Under the pieces are notes generated by a model that was not told the origin of the DNA, ran no database searches, and worked only from the letters and a program-made list of their open reading frames with translations. This document shows, piece after piece, positions 18,424 through 27,926 of a DNA stretch of 38,473 bases (positions are counted from its first letter, which is position 1; every line of letters starts with the position of its first letter). This stretch comes from an uncultured Candidatus Peribacteria bacterium (lineage in GTDB: Bacteria; Patescibacteriota; Gracilibacteria; UBA1369; PNNO01), in assembly GCA_964346325.1 (NCBI GenBank), contig CAYFUK010000003.1, forward strand, positions 1-38,473, written 5' to 3'. Both the position numbers and the translations under genes were made by a program.

Positions 18424-19422
18424 TTATTGAGCTAAATCATTAATACTCTGAAAATCCCGACTCACATAATCGGGAATACCCAATCCAAGCCAGGTCTGCG
18501 TAACATTGATACCGGCTATTTCAAGTTTATCTTTATTGCTTTCCCAATAATCCTGATGAGTTGTAGGAAGCCATCCCGCAACATTTACATCAATATCTTT
18601 TTGAGAAACAGAGGTATAAACAACGCCCGCATCAAGTTCTTTGATTTCGGTTTCATAACCTAAATCCTGTAAAAGCAATGCAACCACACGGCTTTTTACA
18701 GTTGCACCCGGCCACGGCGGTATACCTATAATAATCTTTTCTTTTCCAAGTTCGGCATCTTCCGGGAGCCATGCTGAAACCGCCTCGCTGTTATTCTCAA
18801 CATATTCCGCGGCAACTTCTTCAGCTTCTTTGTTGTCAACACTGTAACTGTAAATCCAGTCACTCTGAACATCGGAATCCACATTGAAATTCTGCAAAAA
18901 TTCATAGGCTGCAGGGGCATCGTCAGCAAATCCTTTATAAACAACGCTTGCTATTACATCGGAAGCAACCTGCGCATCCGCCCAGTCAGGCGCATTTTCT
19001 TCCAAAAACGCTTTTGTTTGTGAAGGGCTGTTATAAATATTTTGGGGATCATTAAGTTTTCTTATTTCCGCGATTGAAAATATTGCATGAGGTTCCCAAA
19101 CCGTGGCAACAATAGGTTCATTGTTTTCCACCGCATCCTGCATAGCCGTAAGCATTGCGGCTGAACTGCTTTCCTGAAGATTCCATCCCGCTTCTTCAAG
19201 ATTATAAGCTTCCATTACTTTGTCCGTATTAATCATAATTCCCGCACCGGGCTCGATACCAACTATATTGTAATCAACCGATGCTCCGAATGACTCCCGT
19301 TCCGGTTCCGTATCAGTTGTTGTATCGCCGTTTTCACCATTCTCAGCAGGTGCAGCGCATCCAACCAAAGATACGATCAAAAGAGTCCCAAGCAAATAAA
19401 ACAGATTTCGCTTAGTAAACAT
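18424..19422 (-). CDS. opuAC: Glycine betaine-binding lipoprotein (OpuAC-type domain order)
   Basis: Lipobox LVGC, GIEPGAGIM, SSSAAM, W.PH and WLPTTH. Start at 19422 preferred because a TTGACA-N16-TATTAT promoter occupies 19486-19459. Confidence 0.9.
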   Translation of the reverse strand: MFTKRNLFYLLGTLLIVSLVGCAAPAENGENGDTTTDTEPERESFGASVDYNIVGIEPGAGIMINTDKVMEAYNLEEAGWNLQESSSAAMLTAMQDAVENNEPIVATVWEPHAIFSIAEIRKLNDPQNIYNSPSQTKAFLEENAPDWADAQVASDVIASVVYKGFADDAPAAYEFLQNFNVDSDVQSDWIYSYSVDNKEAEEVAAEYVENNSEAVSAWLPEDAELGKEKIIIGIPPWPGATVKSRVVALLLQDLGYETEIKELDAGVVYTSVSQKDIDVNVAGWLPTTHQDYWESNKDKLEIAGINVTQTWLGLGIPDYVSRDFQSINDLAQ

Positions 19423-19508
19423 ATATATTGAGTTAATAATAAAAAAAATTTCTAACTCATAATAACTTATGATATACACATGTCAAACACGTATATATAA
19501 TTTGAACT

Positions 19509-20387
19509 ATGAAAAAGATAAAAAAAATCTTTAAACAAGCCGGTATAAATGATGTCGATTTAATCGAAAAAATTGAAGTTGGTTTTTCCAATGATGTTTA
19601 TTCCGTTGATGATAAATATATTCTGAAAATCTCGAAAGATAAACAATATAGTAATTTTATACGGAAAGATATCAACTATTGCGGGTTATTCGAAGATAAA
19701 CTTCCCGTTCCAAAGGTTTTATATTCCGGAGAGCTTGATGGAAAAGCATATTTTATTTACAAAAAAATCAAAGGTAATAATCTGTATAATGTTTGGCATC
19801 TCAGTGACGAAAACCAACGAAAGGATTATATAAAACAAATTTGTAAAATACTAAAAACAATAAACGCTTATCCGCATGAAACCATGGGCAAAACCTGGGA
19901 AGAATTTGTTTATTCGGAAATAATGGATCGTATTGAATCGGCTGAACAGAAAAATCTTCTGAATGACAATTTAATCAATAAAATAAAATCATATCTTGAA
20001 AATAATAAACATATACTCAAAACTGAAAAAATTTCATTAATTGACTGGGATTTGCACTTTGATAACTTTATAGTTTCCGATGGCCGAATTGTTGGAAGAC
20101 TTGATTTTGAACGCGTTATGACGGCGTCACTGGATTATCAAATGGTGTTGGTAAAAAGAATGATTAGAAACCCTAAAAAATATGCTTCTGAAAATGCGGA
20201 AAAATTTGTTGAGCCAAAAGACTATATTAATTTGATGCACTGGTATGCAGAATTTTATCCTGAAATGTTTGATTTTCCCGAAATTGAAAAACGTTTAAAC
20301 CTGTATTCTGTTTTGATGTGCCTGAATGATATTGGGATTTTTGGAGTAGATGAAAAACTCGAAGATGAGATCCTCGAATACTTATAA
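19509..20387 (+). CDS. Aminoglycoside phosphotransferase/choline kinase-like protein
   Basis: GFSN.VY, ILK, PVPKV, Brenner-like DLHFDN and LDFE. Confidence 0.85.
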   Translation: MKKIKKIFKQAGINDVDLIEKIEVGFSNDVYSVDDKYILKISKDKQYSNFIRKDINYCGLFEDKLPVPKVLYSGELDGKAYFIYKKIKGNNLYNVWHLSDENQRKDYIKQICKILKTINAYPHETMGKTWEEFVYSEIMDRIESAEQKNLLNDNLINKIKSYLENNKHILKTEKISLIDWDLHFDNFIVSDGRIVGRLDFERVMTASLDYQMVLVKRMIRNPKKYASENAEKFVEPKDYINLMHWYAEFYPEMFDFPEIEKRLNLYSVLMCLNDIGIFGVDEKLEDEILEYL

Positions 20388-20509
20388 TTTGGCTCCGCAC
20401 AGCATGGAAAGTCCAAACTATGTGAATCATAGAGTTCATTAATAATTAAATTTTACAAAACCGCATTTATGTATTATTATTATTGTTGTTATTGATAAAA
20501 CAAATCAAT

Positions 20510-22159
20510 ATGAAATTTTTGAAATTTGCATTCATTTTTACATTCACTTTTATTGGCTTAGTAAATGTTTGTAACGCACTAGATCCATTTCCTGACATGC
20601 AAGAATCAGGGCAGTATGCAAGTGATGCGGTTTACTATCTGAAAATAAATAAAATAGTTGAGGGGTATCCTGATGGGACTTTTAAACCTGACAATGAAAT
20701 AAATAGAGCGGAATTTGTGAAAATTGTTCTCGAATCTGCAGATATAAAGCCCGGCGGTTCGAATTGTTTCCCGGATGTTACCGATCAATGGTTTGCTCCT
20801 TATGTTTGTAAGGCAAAAGAGGAAAGCCTTATTAAAGGCTACCCTGACGGAACTTTTAAACCCGATCAAAATATTAACTTTGTTGAAGCAAGCAAAATTG
20901 TATCCAAAGCTTTTAATTTAGAGATTAATTCTGAATTAAATTCAACTTGGTATGAAAAATATGTTGTTGCGCTTGAAAATAAATACTTCATCCCTCCGAC
21001 TGTAACAACTTTTGATTATGCAATCACAAGAGCTGACATGGCTTGTATTACAGGGAATATTATGTTTGATGGCACAATTTATCACGATGGAACATGTTAC
21101 TCAAATACCAATTATATAAAATTGGCTGGATTAAATGATGTTAATACTGATGCTGTAAAAAATAAAATTTTAGATGGAGCAGTACTGGATTTTTACGAAA
21201 TAAATGGCGATGTGCATGTTTTAGATATTTTTGGCGTTACACATTTATTAGAAGAATCAAGTCCCGAAACTTTCAAAAAAGCATTCAGAGATACATATCA
21301 AGATAATCATCAAATATATACAATCCCGGATTATTATTATTCTGCAGAAAATTTGGATGAAAAAATTAAAATTTTCAGACAGTCAGAATTACCTTTTGAC
21401 TTACCTTCTCTTGAATTTATAAATCAATTCACTACGGTATCTCAATCTCAAAGTTGGTATTTTATCAAAGATAAAGACAATCTATTTGCATCTTGTACTG
21501 TTGAGACACCTGAAGGCTTTAAAATGGCTGAGGGTTCTGATCCGGAAAATTTTAAACTTTTAACTCTCGGGGGTCAATTTGTATTATTTACAGACAATAA
21601 ATATTTATATATGGGATATTTGGATACAGGATATGCTTGTAACTATTACAACATCAACGTGAAAAAAATAGATGAAGTTGACATGAATTCTTTTTACCTT
21701 CTGACTCCAGTATATTTTAAAGATAACAAAAATTTATATTTCTTAAATTATGAGCCACAAAAAAATGGAAATACTTTTATGTATTTGAAAACAGGAGACA
21801 GTATTACAACTATTCCAGGCATCTCTGATCTTTCGACGTTAAATGCTTTTGTAAGTGAAGAATATATTAATACAAATATCTTTAAAGATAGCTCAAATGT
21901 ATATCTTTTAAATGCAGATACGATAAGTATTCTTGAAGATGCTGACGCTGAAACATTTGAAATGATTGAACATTTTGATAGTTCATATTTCTTCGATGAC
22001 AACTATTTAGGTTATTATTTCAAAGATAAAAATTATATTTGGATTATTGGAGATGATAATTCAATCATTGATAAAATTAGTATCTCCGAAAAACCGAATT
22101 TTGACTATGAACAATATCTGATTGACCAAAATCAATCATTTTGGAGAGAATTGGGATAG
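20510..22159 (+). CDS. Secreted S-layer-homology (SLH) protein with DKNYY-like repeats
   Basis: Signal peptide; GYPDGTFKPD..INRAE twice plus ITRAD; C-terminal (Y/F)xKDKxxxY repeats (FIKDKDNLF, YFKDNKNLY, FKDSSNVY, YFKDKNYIW). Confidence 0.85.
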   Translation: MKFLKFAFIFTFTFIGLVNVCNALDPFPDMQESGQYASDAVYYLKINKIVEGYPDGTFKPDNEINRAEFVKIVLESADIKPGGSNCFPDVTDQWFAPYVCKAKEESLIKGYPDGTFKPDQNINFVEASKIVSKAFNLEINSELNSTWYEKYVVALENKYFIPPTVTTFDYAITRADMACITGNIMFDGTIYHDGTCYSNTNYIKLAGLNDVNTDAVKNKILDGAVLDFYEINGDVHVLDIFGVTHLLEESSPETFKKAFRDTYQDNHQIYTIPDYYYSAENLDEKIKIFRQSELPFDLPSLEFINQFTTVSQSQSWYFIKDKDNLFASCTVETPEGFKMAEGSDPENFKLLTLGGQFVLFTDNKYLYMGYLDTGYACNYYNINVKKIDEVDMNSFYLLTPVYFKDNKNLYFLNYEPQKNGNTFMYLKTGDSITTIPGISDLSTLNAFVSEEYINTNIFKDSSNVYLLNADTISILEDADAETFEMIEHFDSSYFFDDNYLGYYFKDKNYIWIIGDDNSIIDKISISEKPNFDYEQYLIDQNQSFWRELG

Positions 22160-22209
22160 TCACTTTAAAAATTCTTTAGTAACGTTTTTCATACTATCCA
22201 AAAATGATA

Positions 22210-22238
22210 TTGCGAATAATTCGCAAATCAGTTATATT
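22210..22238 (+). promoter_or_regulatory. Zur/Fur-type operator (8-1-8 palindrome) overlapping promoter TTGCGA-N17-TATATT
   Basis: TTGCGAAT-A-ATTCGCAA at 22210-22226 is a perfect inverted repeat directly upstream of zur-znuACB; -10 at 22233-22238. Confidence 0.75.
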
Positions 22239-22248
22239 TCCGGGTGAT

Positions 22249-22626
22249 ATGAATGTTAAAAATAAACTTGCACAATTGGGATACACACTTACAGAACCTC
22301 GTTTACAGGTTATAACATCTTTAAATAAAGAAAATAATTTGATATCCGCACGAAAATTGCATAAAAAAATAAAAACCATTAATAGAGCTTCTGTATACCG
22401 AACACTTAACTTATTTGAGAAACTGAATTTAGTCAATATTGAAATAATAAAAAAAGAAAAACTCTATTGTCTGGCAAATCACCCTCATCACCACGTTATT
22501 TGTCGTGAATGTGGATATACTGAAAAATTTGATTGCGATAAAAATGAATTTAAAAAATTTAATAACTTTACAAACATACACCACCGGTTAACTCTTACCG
22601 GTGTTTGCAATAAATGTAACTCATAA
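22249..22626 (+). CDS. zur: Fur-family regulator, probable zinc uptake regulator
   Basis: T.PR, SVYRTL, HHH.IC..CG and G.C..C; heads the znu operon; start at 22249 follows the promoter. Confidence 0.85.
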   Translation: MNVKNKLAQLGYTLTEPRLQVITSLNKENNLISARKLHKKIKTINRASVYRTLNLFEKLNLVNIEIIKKEKLYCLANHPHHHVICRECGYTEKFDCDKNEFKKFNNFTNIHHRLTLTGVCNKCNS

Positions 22627-22628
22627 AA

Positions 22629-23570
22629 ATGAATAAAAAACTACTCACGGCAACTGTAATAGCGGTTTTAATCGGATCAATTTTTACATTTTTCGGTTGT
22701 ACATATGAAACAACAACCCAAGATCCTGAAATAAAAGCCGATAATAAAAAAATAAATGTAATGGTTAGTATTTTACCTCAGATTGAATTTGTTGAAAAAA
22801 TCGGAGGTGAAAAAATAGAAGTTGGTGAAATGATACCTCCGGGATTCAGTCCCGCCACTTATGATCCTTCTCCCGAACAATTAAAAAAATTACAAGATGC
22901 TGAAATTTATTTTCGCATAGGACATATACCATTTGAAAAAGCTCAAATGGATAAACTATCGGATCTGAATTCGGAAATGATAGTTGTGGATACTTCTGAA
23001 AATGTTCCATTATTACAACTGGCAAGTCACAGTCACGAAGAGCACGACGAGCATGAACATGAAAATGAACACGTTCATGAAGCCGGAACAGATCCCCATA
23101 TATGGATGTCTCCTAAACTCGTTAAAATACAAGCAAAAAATATTACCGATGCATTAATTTCATTTGAACCTGAATCTGAAAAATATTTTTTAAACAATTA
23201 CAATAATTTCATTAATGACTTGGATAAACTTGATGATACTTTAAAAGAAACTTTTAAACCGATAAACGGAGAAACAATTCTGGTTTTTCATCCGGCTTTC
23301 GGTTATTTGGCTGATGCATATAATTTTGAACAGGAAGCAATAGAAATTGAAGGCAAGGATCCCTCACCTGAGCATTTGAAGAATATTATAGATGAAGCAA
23401 AAAAAGATGATATCAAAGTAATTTTCGTACAAAAGCAATTTAGTACTAAAAGTGCACAGGCGATTGCCGACGAAATTCAGGGAGCTGTAGTGCAGATAGA
23501 TCCACTTGCAAAGGACTATATTGACAATATGAATGAGATAGCTGAGACTATGGTAAATGAACTAAATTAA
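22629..23570 (+). CDS. znuA: Zinc ABC transporter substrate-binding lipoprotein
   Basis: Lipobox FFGC, His/Glu-rich loop, DPHIW.SP and FHPAFGY. Confidence 0.93.
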   Translation: MNKKLLTATVIAVLIGSIFTFFGCTYETTTQDPEIKADNKKINVMVSILPQIEFVEKIGGEKIEVGEMIPPGFSPATYDPSPEQLKKLQDAEIYFRIGHIPFEKAQMDKLSDLNSEMIVVDTSENVPLLQLASHSHEEHDEHEHENEHVHEAGTDPHIWMSPKLVKIQAKNITDALISFEPESEKYFLNNYNNFINDLDKLDDTLKETFKPINGETILVFHPAFGYLADAYNFEQEAIEIEGKDPSPEHLKNIIDEAKKDDIKVIFVQKQFSTKSAQAIADEIQGAVVQIDPLAKDYIDNMNEIAETMVNELN

Positions 23571-24301
23571 TGAATTCAGTAATAGAAGGTCAAAACATAT
23601 CATATTCATATAATAAAAAGGTTGATGTTTTATCGGACATTAATTTTAATGTTAATGAAAAAGACTTCATTGGTCTTATAGGGCCCAACGGAGGAGGAAA
23701 AAGCACTTTGCTTAAAATAATACTGGGACTTCTAATTCCTGACAAAGGCACAATAAAGGTTTTTAATAAAAAACCTAAATACGCCAGAGATAAAATCGGT
23801 TACGTACCTCAATACAGCCGGATAGATTTAAATTACCCGATCAGTGTATGGGAAATTGTTATTAGCGGTTTATTGGGAAGAAAAACAATCGGTTCACATT
23901 TCAATAAAAAGGACAAGGCTAAAGTTTCCGAAATACTCGAAACATTAAACCTTAATGATTTAAAAGAAAAATCCGTCGGTGAGCTTTCAGGTGGACAAAG
24001 ACAACGGGTTTTGGTTGCAAGAGCACTTGTAAGAAATCCGAAATTATTACTTCTTGATGAGCCTACAAATAATGTTGATCGGGAAAGTGGGAGTGATTTA
24101 TATAAACTCCTGCATAGACTAAATAAAGATATGACAATAATTATAGTTTCTCATGATATTGGGACTGTATCAAAATTTGTAAATAAAATATTTTGTTTAA
24201 ATAAAAAAATGGTTTGTAATAAGGCAAATAAAATCACCGGTGAATGTTTTAGCTCAGATTTCAAGCATGTTAATCATAAAACCGAATGCATCATAACTTA
24301 A
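23570..24301 (+). CDS. znuC: Zinc ABC transporter ATP-binding protein
   Basis: [23 protein letters not shown] and LDEPT. Confidence 0.93.
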   Translation: MNSVIEGQNISYSYNKKVDVLSDINFNVNEKDFIGLIGPNGGGKSTLLKIILGLLIPDKGTIKVFNKKPKYARDKIGYVPQYSRIDLNYPISVWEIVISGLLGRKTIGSHFNKKDKAKVSEILETLNLNDLKEKSVGELSGGQRQRVLVARALVRNPKLLLLDEPTNNVDRESGSDLYKLLHRLNKDMTIIIVSHDIGTVSKFVNKIFCLNKKMVCNKANKITGECFSSDFKHVNHKTECIIT

Positions 24302-24305
24302 ATAT

Positions 24306-25136
24306 ATGCCCGAAATACTACAATATGAATTTTTTAGAAACGCTCTTATAATAGGTGTTTTAAGTGGTGTTGCCTGTGGTATTATAGGCAGTTTTATTGT
24401 AATAAAGAAAATCTCCTTTATTTCGGGAAGTATTGCGCACGCTTCTTTCGGAGGAATTGGTATTGCATACTTTTTAGGGCTTAATCCTGTACTCGGAGCA
24501 CTTGTTTTTAGTATTCTGTCCGCACTGGGTATCGGATTCATAAACAAAAACAATAAATCTCAGGAAGATGCTTCTATTGGTGCTATATGGGCTATAGGTA
24601 TGGCTACAGGACTTTTATTTATTTATTTTACTCCTGGTTATGCCGCGGACCTTATGAGTTACCTTTTTGGAAACATTTTACTCTCCACAAATAATGATTT
24701 AATTTATATAGCTATACTCAATGTATTTATTATTGTAAGCGTATATTTTTTATTTAAATGGCTTGTTGCAGTAATATTTGATGAAGAATTTGCACAAATC
24801 AGCAACATTAAAGTTTATCCGTTGTATCTGTTTTTGTTGGTTTTAATAGCCTTATCGGTTGTGGTGTTAATCAGATCAGTTGGAGTAATCCTTGTAATTG
24901 CTTTGCTCACTTTGCCGGCATCCAGTGCACAACTATTAAGTAAAAGATTTAAAAATATTATTTTCATAGCTATTGTTTTAGCAATATTTTCAAATTTATT
25001 GGGTATATTCCTTTCATATTATTTAAATCTACCTTCAGGGCCGGTTATTATTTTTACCGCTGCTTTAATTTATATTTTTATTTTAATAACCAAAAGCTTA
25101 TCAAAAAGAAAATCTTTATTTGTGAAAAAAGTATAA
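24306..25136 (+). CDS. znuB: Zinc ABC transporter permease
   Basis: IAHASFGG, YLFGNIL, FDEEFA and VG..LV.ALL..PA. Confidence 0.93.
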   Translation: MPEILQYEFFRNALIIGVLSGVACGIIGSFIVIKKISFISGSIAHASFGGIGIAYFLGLNPVLGALVFSILSALGIGFINKNNKSQEDASIGAIWAIGMATGLLFIYFTPGYAADLMSYLFGNILLSTNNDLIYIAILNVFIIVSVYFLFKWLVAVIFDEEFAQISNIKVYPLYLFLLVLIALSVVVLIRSVGVILVIALLTLPASSAQLLSKRFKNIIFIAIVLAIFSNLLGIFLSYYLNLPSGPVIIFTAALIYIFILITKSLSKRKSLFVKKV

Positions 25137-25139
25137 ATT

Positions 25140-25452
25140 TGGCTCTCGGGGCCGGACTCGAACCGGCAACCCTTCGGTTACACTTTACCCTCAAATTTCT
25201 TTGAAGTGTGGACTATCTCATCACCATATCCATTTTGATTTAGGTGCCGGGCGCTAGTGAAAGATTATTGTTGGAACTCACTTTCTAGTCTCTGAACCTT
25301 CCTATCAACCAATTGTCCCGATAGGCTTGGCTGCGGATTCCCATACCTTGTCGGATTAGGCTCCCCGCAATTCACCCAGTTATCATCGTAATATTTCTAT
25401 TACGAGCTGCAACTGTTTACAGCCGAATGCTCTACCATTGAGCTACCCGAGA
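25140..25452 (-). tRNA. tRNA-Asn(GTT), split: exon1 25452-25419, exon2 25180-25140
   Basis: Joined exons give a 75-nt cloverleaf TCTCGGG..GCTC/GAGC..TTCGG-CT GT^T AA-CCGAA..GCCGG TTCGAGT CCGGC..CCCGAGA G CCA. Confidence 0.93.
25181..25418 (-). ncRNA. Group I self-splicing intron (238 nt, IC-like, no homing endonuclease ORF)
   Basis: Exon ends in U and intron ends in G. P=AAUUGCGGGGAG, Q=AAUCCGCAGC, R=GUUCAGAGACUA, S=GAGAUAGUCC; P7 GACUA/UAGUC; P3 CUGGGUG/CGCCCGG; P1 GGCUGU/GCAGCU with U-G at the splice site. Confidence 0.93.
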
Positions 25453-25488
25453 ACATTTTATACAAGAATTACTATAATTAAATTAATC

Positions 25489-26673
25489 CTATTTTTCAAC
25501 CAAATTTAATCTGAATATTTCTCTTCCAACTATCTGGCCTTTACGTGAATATAAAAGTGAACCCTGTTCAGTTGAGAGATCGGGCCATGGAATAAGGGAA
25601 TACCCGGCTTTTTCGATCTTTTTTTCAAAAGCTTCAATAAAAAAATTCTTTTTTCGGCCTTTATAATAAGGTAAAGCTAAAATTATATTTGCATCCTGGC
25701 GTATATTAACTTTTAAAGCATCCAGAAATCCCAGAATTATATTTTCAACTTCATTGAAATTCTTATAAATTTCTTTATCCGAGGGGAATTTTGATTGAGG
25801 AGGCCCCAGATAAACCTCCGACACAACAGCGGCGGGCTGAATCGGGAAATCCAAAGGCTCTATTTTAGCCGCATCTTTAACAAATAAATTATAATCATAT
25901 GCCACTTTAAAATTTTCTTTTAACCATTCCAGATTGTTCTCGCTGTCTTTAATTGCTTTTTCGCTTATATCGCTACCAATTGCGGTATAGCCCATTAATA
26001 AAGCTTCCATCAAAACAGTTCCGCTTCCGCAAAACGCATCATAAACAACACTTGTGGGGTTACCTTCGCACGCCAGATTAATCATAATTTGTGCAAGCTT
26101 TGGAGGCAGCATTCCGCTTTTTGAATCGCGAGCCGGCCTTTCGTAATCTCTGAACGAATATTTTTTGAAATTCTGAACAGCTACAGTGTAAGCCGGTAAA
26201 TATTTTTTGTCGGGAGTCATGATGCAATTCAGATCGGTTTGTTTTTTGTCGAGTTTTTCCTCAAAAATAACAACACTCTTAATGTTTTTATCGGGCTTGT
26301 TTAAAAAGCGCGCTCCTTTGCCTTCATCTTTGAGGTTCCTTTTTAAAAATTTTAGAATATTTTTATGATTTTTTAAGAATTCATTGTTAAAGTTATATAA
26401 GTTCAAAGAAAATATAACTTTTTTATCATCACGGTTAATCAAGTGTTTTAAGAATTTATTTTTAACATCATCAATACCATCGCAATCATCAAAAATTTTC
26501 ACAATCTTAACCGTACCGCCGAATATATCTATAACTGAAGGATCCAATTCCTCTTCAAACTCGTTAATCCATATATCCCGGCCTATAACCTCACCATCCG
26601 CATTAAAAAAAGACTGAAGCTCGGCAACTGATAATCGCCATTGTCTTCCCAGAATAAAACCGTACTTATGCAT
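25489..26673 (-). CDS. TRM11-like SAM-dependent RNA methyltransferase
   Basis: GMLPPKLAQIMINL, YDAFCGSGT...EA, GSDIS and VSE.YLGP. Confidence 0.85.
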   Translation of the reverse strand: MHKYGFILGRQWRLSVAELQSFFNADGEVIGRDIWINEFEEELDPSVIDIFGGTVKIVKIFDDCDGIDDVKNKFLKHLINRDDKKVIFSLNLYNFNNEFLKNHKNILKFLKRNLKDEGKGARFLNKPDKNIKSVVIFEEKLDKKQTDLNCIMTPDKKYLPAYTVAVQNFKKYSFRDYERPARDSKSGMLPPKLAQIMINLACEGNPTSVVYDAFCGSGTVLMEALLMGYTAIGSDISEKAIKDSENNLEWLKENFKVAYDYNLFVKDAAKIEPLDFPIQPAAVVSEVYLGPPQSKFPSDKEIYKNFNEVENIILGFLDALKVNIRQDANIILALPYYKGRKKNFFIEAFEKKIEKAGYSLIPWPDLSTEQGSLLYSRKGQIVGREIFRLNLVEK

Positions 26674-26847
26674 ATAAAACCGATTACAATTAATAAAAAA
26701 CAGTTAACAATATTTACTATAACAGGTCTTTTAATAATTGCATCATTAATTTTCGGATATTTTTTCGGATATCTTCATCATTTGTATATTACAAGGGATT
26801 CCATCGATATGATCGGTGAAATAAATCATTGCATCGGATCAAATTAA
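26668..26847 (+). CDS. Putative small single-TM protein (59 aa)
   Basis: ATG at 26668; basic N-terminus and hydrophobic LTIFTITGLLIIASLIFGYFFGYL; fills the gap before ilvN. Confidence 0.4.
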   Translation: MHIKPITINKKQLTIFTITGLLIIASLIFGYFFGYLHHLYITRDSIDMIGEINHCIGSN

Positions 26848-26883
26848 TATAGTAAACTTCATCTGCGAAACTAAAGGATTATA

Positions 26884-27375
26884 ATGAAAAAGCACAAACA
26901 CATACTTGTATTACTTGTAGAAAACGAACCTGGAGTTCTTAATCGTATAAGTTCTCTTATACGAAGACGCAGATTTAATATCGAGAGTATTTCAGCCGGA
27001 CATACGGCAAAAAAAGGTTTAACAAGAATCACTCTGGTGGTTAATACGGAAAAAACAAACGTGGAACAGGTAATGAAACAACTTTACAAAATAGTGCCAG
27101 TAATAAAAATACGCGATGTAACCGATGAAAATATTTTTGCTGCTGAAGTTGTGCTTGCAAAGGTAAAGGCTGACACAAAAAAACGCGCCGATGTACAACA
27201 AATTGCGGATCTTTTTAAAGCAAAAATAATTCATGTTGAAAAAGATATGATAATGATGATGGTAGCCGGTGAAGAAGATAAAGTAACTTCTTTTCTTGAT
27301 ATGATAAAACCCTTTGGAATTGTTGAAATGGTACGAACAGGCGTTACGGCAATGAATAAGGATAAAACTTTATAA
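26884..27375 (+). CDS. ilvN: Acetolactate synthase small (regulatory) subunit
   Basis: LVENEPGVLNRI, R.FNIESI, QV.KQL.K and FGI.EMVRTG. Confidence 0.95.
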   Translation: MKKHKHILVLLVENEPGVLNRISSLIRRRRFNIESISAGHTAKKGLTRITLVVNTEKTNVEQVMKQLYKIVPVIKIRDVTDENIFAAEVVLAKVKADTKKRADVQQIADLFKAKIIHVEKDMIMMMVAGEEDKVTSFLDMIKPFGIVEMVRTGVTAMNKDKTL

Positions 27376-27395
27376 ATTATTAACTTAAAAATACT

Positions 27396-27905
27396 ATGGC
27401 AATGTCATTGAATAAGGTTCAGTTAATCGGGAACCTCACACGCGATCCGGAAATGCGTCAAATTCCGGGAGGACAGGTTGTTACATCTTTCGGGCTTGCA
27501 ACCAATCTGTCATGGACTGATCAGTCGGGCCAAAAACAGGATAAAGCGGAATTCCATAATATTGTCGCATGGAGAAAACTTGCGGAAATTTGCGGACAAT
27601 ACCTTAAAAAAGGAAGCAAATGTTATATTGAAGGAAGACTGCAAACACGCTCATGGGAGGCTGAAGACGGCAGCAAAAAATACAAGACGGAAATAGTTGC
27701 CGAAAATATGATTATGCTTGATAAAAAAGGCGAAGTAAGCGGAAGTGCCGCTCCTGCTATGCAAAGTGATCATGCGGGGTTGGATCAGCAAAACCATTCA
27801 TCACAGGAACAGCAATCCGAACCTGAACCTGAAGCTGCACCTGAATCCTCTTCTGAAACAAAGCAAAAGGAAGATGAAGTAACTGTTGATGATCTGCCTT
27901 TTTAA
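27396..27905 (+). CDS. ssb: Single-stranded DNA-binding protein
   Basis: LNKVQLIGNLTRDPE, YIEGRLQTRSW and acidic tail DDLPF. Confidence 0.98.
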   Translation: MAMSLNKVQLIGNLTRDPEMRQIPGGQVVTSFGLATNLSWTDQSGQKQDKAEFHNIVAWRKLAEICGQYLKKGSKCYIEGRLQTRSWEAEDGSKKYKTEIVAENMIMLDKKGEVSGSAAPAMQSDHAGLDQQNHSSQEQQSEPEPEAAPESSSETKQKEDEVTVDDLPF

Positions 27906-27926
27906 ATAAGTAACAAATCGCCCAAT

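Noticed and set aside
18424-19422. Swapped domain order of the betaine-binding protein as a novelty
   Set aside because: The same order is established for Bacillus-type OpuAC.
19509-20387. Calling the phosphotransferase an antibiotic-resistance gene
   Set aside because: Only the general APH/choline-kinase fold is evident; substrate cannot be inferred.
22204-22248. Longer zur start at 22204
   Set aside because: This stretch holds the promoter and operator palindrome; ATG at 22249 gives a normal Fur-length protein.
27821-27846. CCTGAA-type short repeats in ssb and His/Glu repeats in znuA (23027-23080)
   Set aside because: Ordinary low-complexity protein linkers (PEPEAAPE; His-rich zinc loop).
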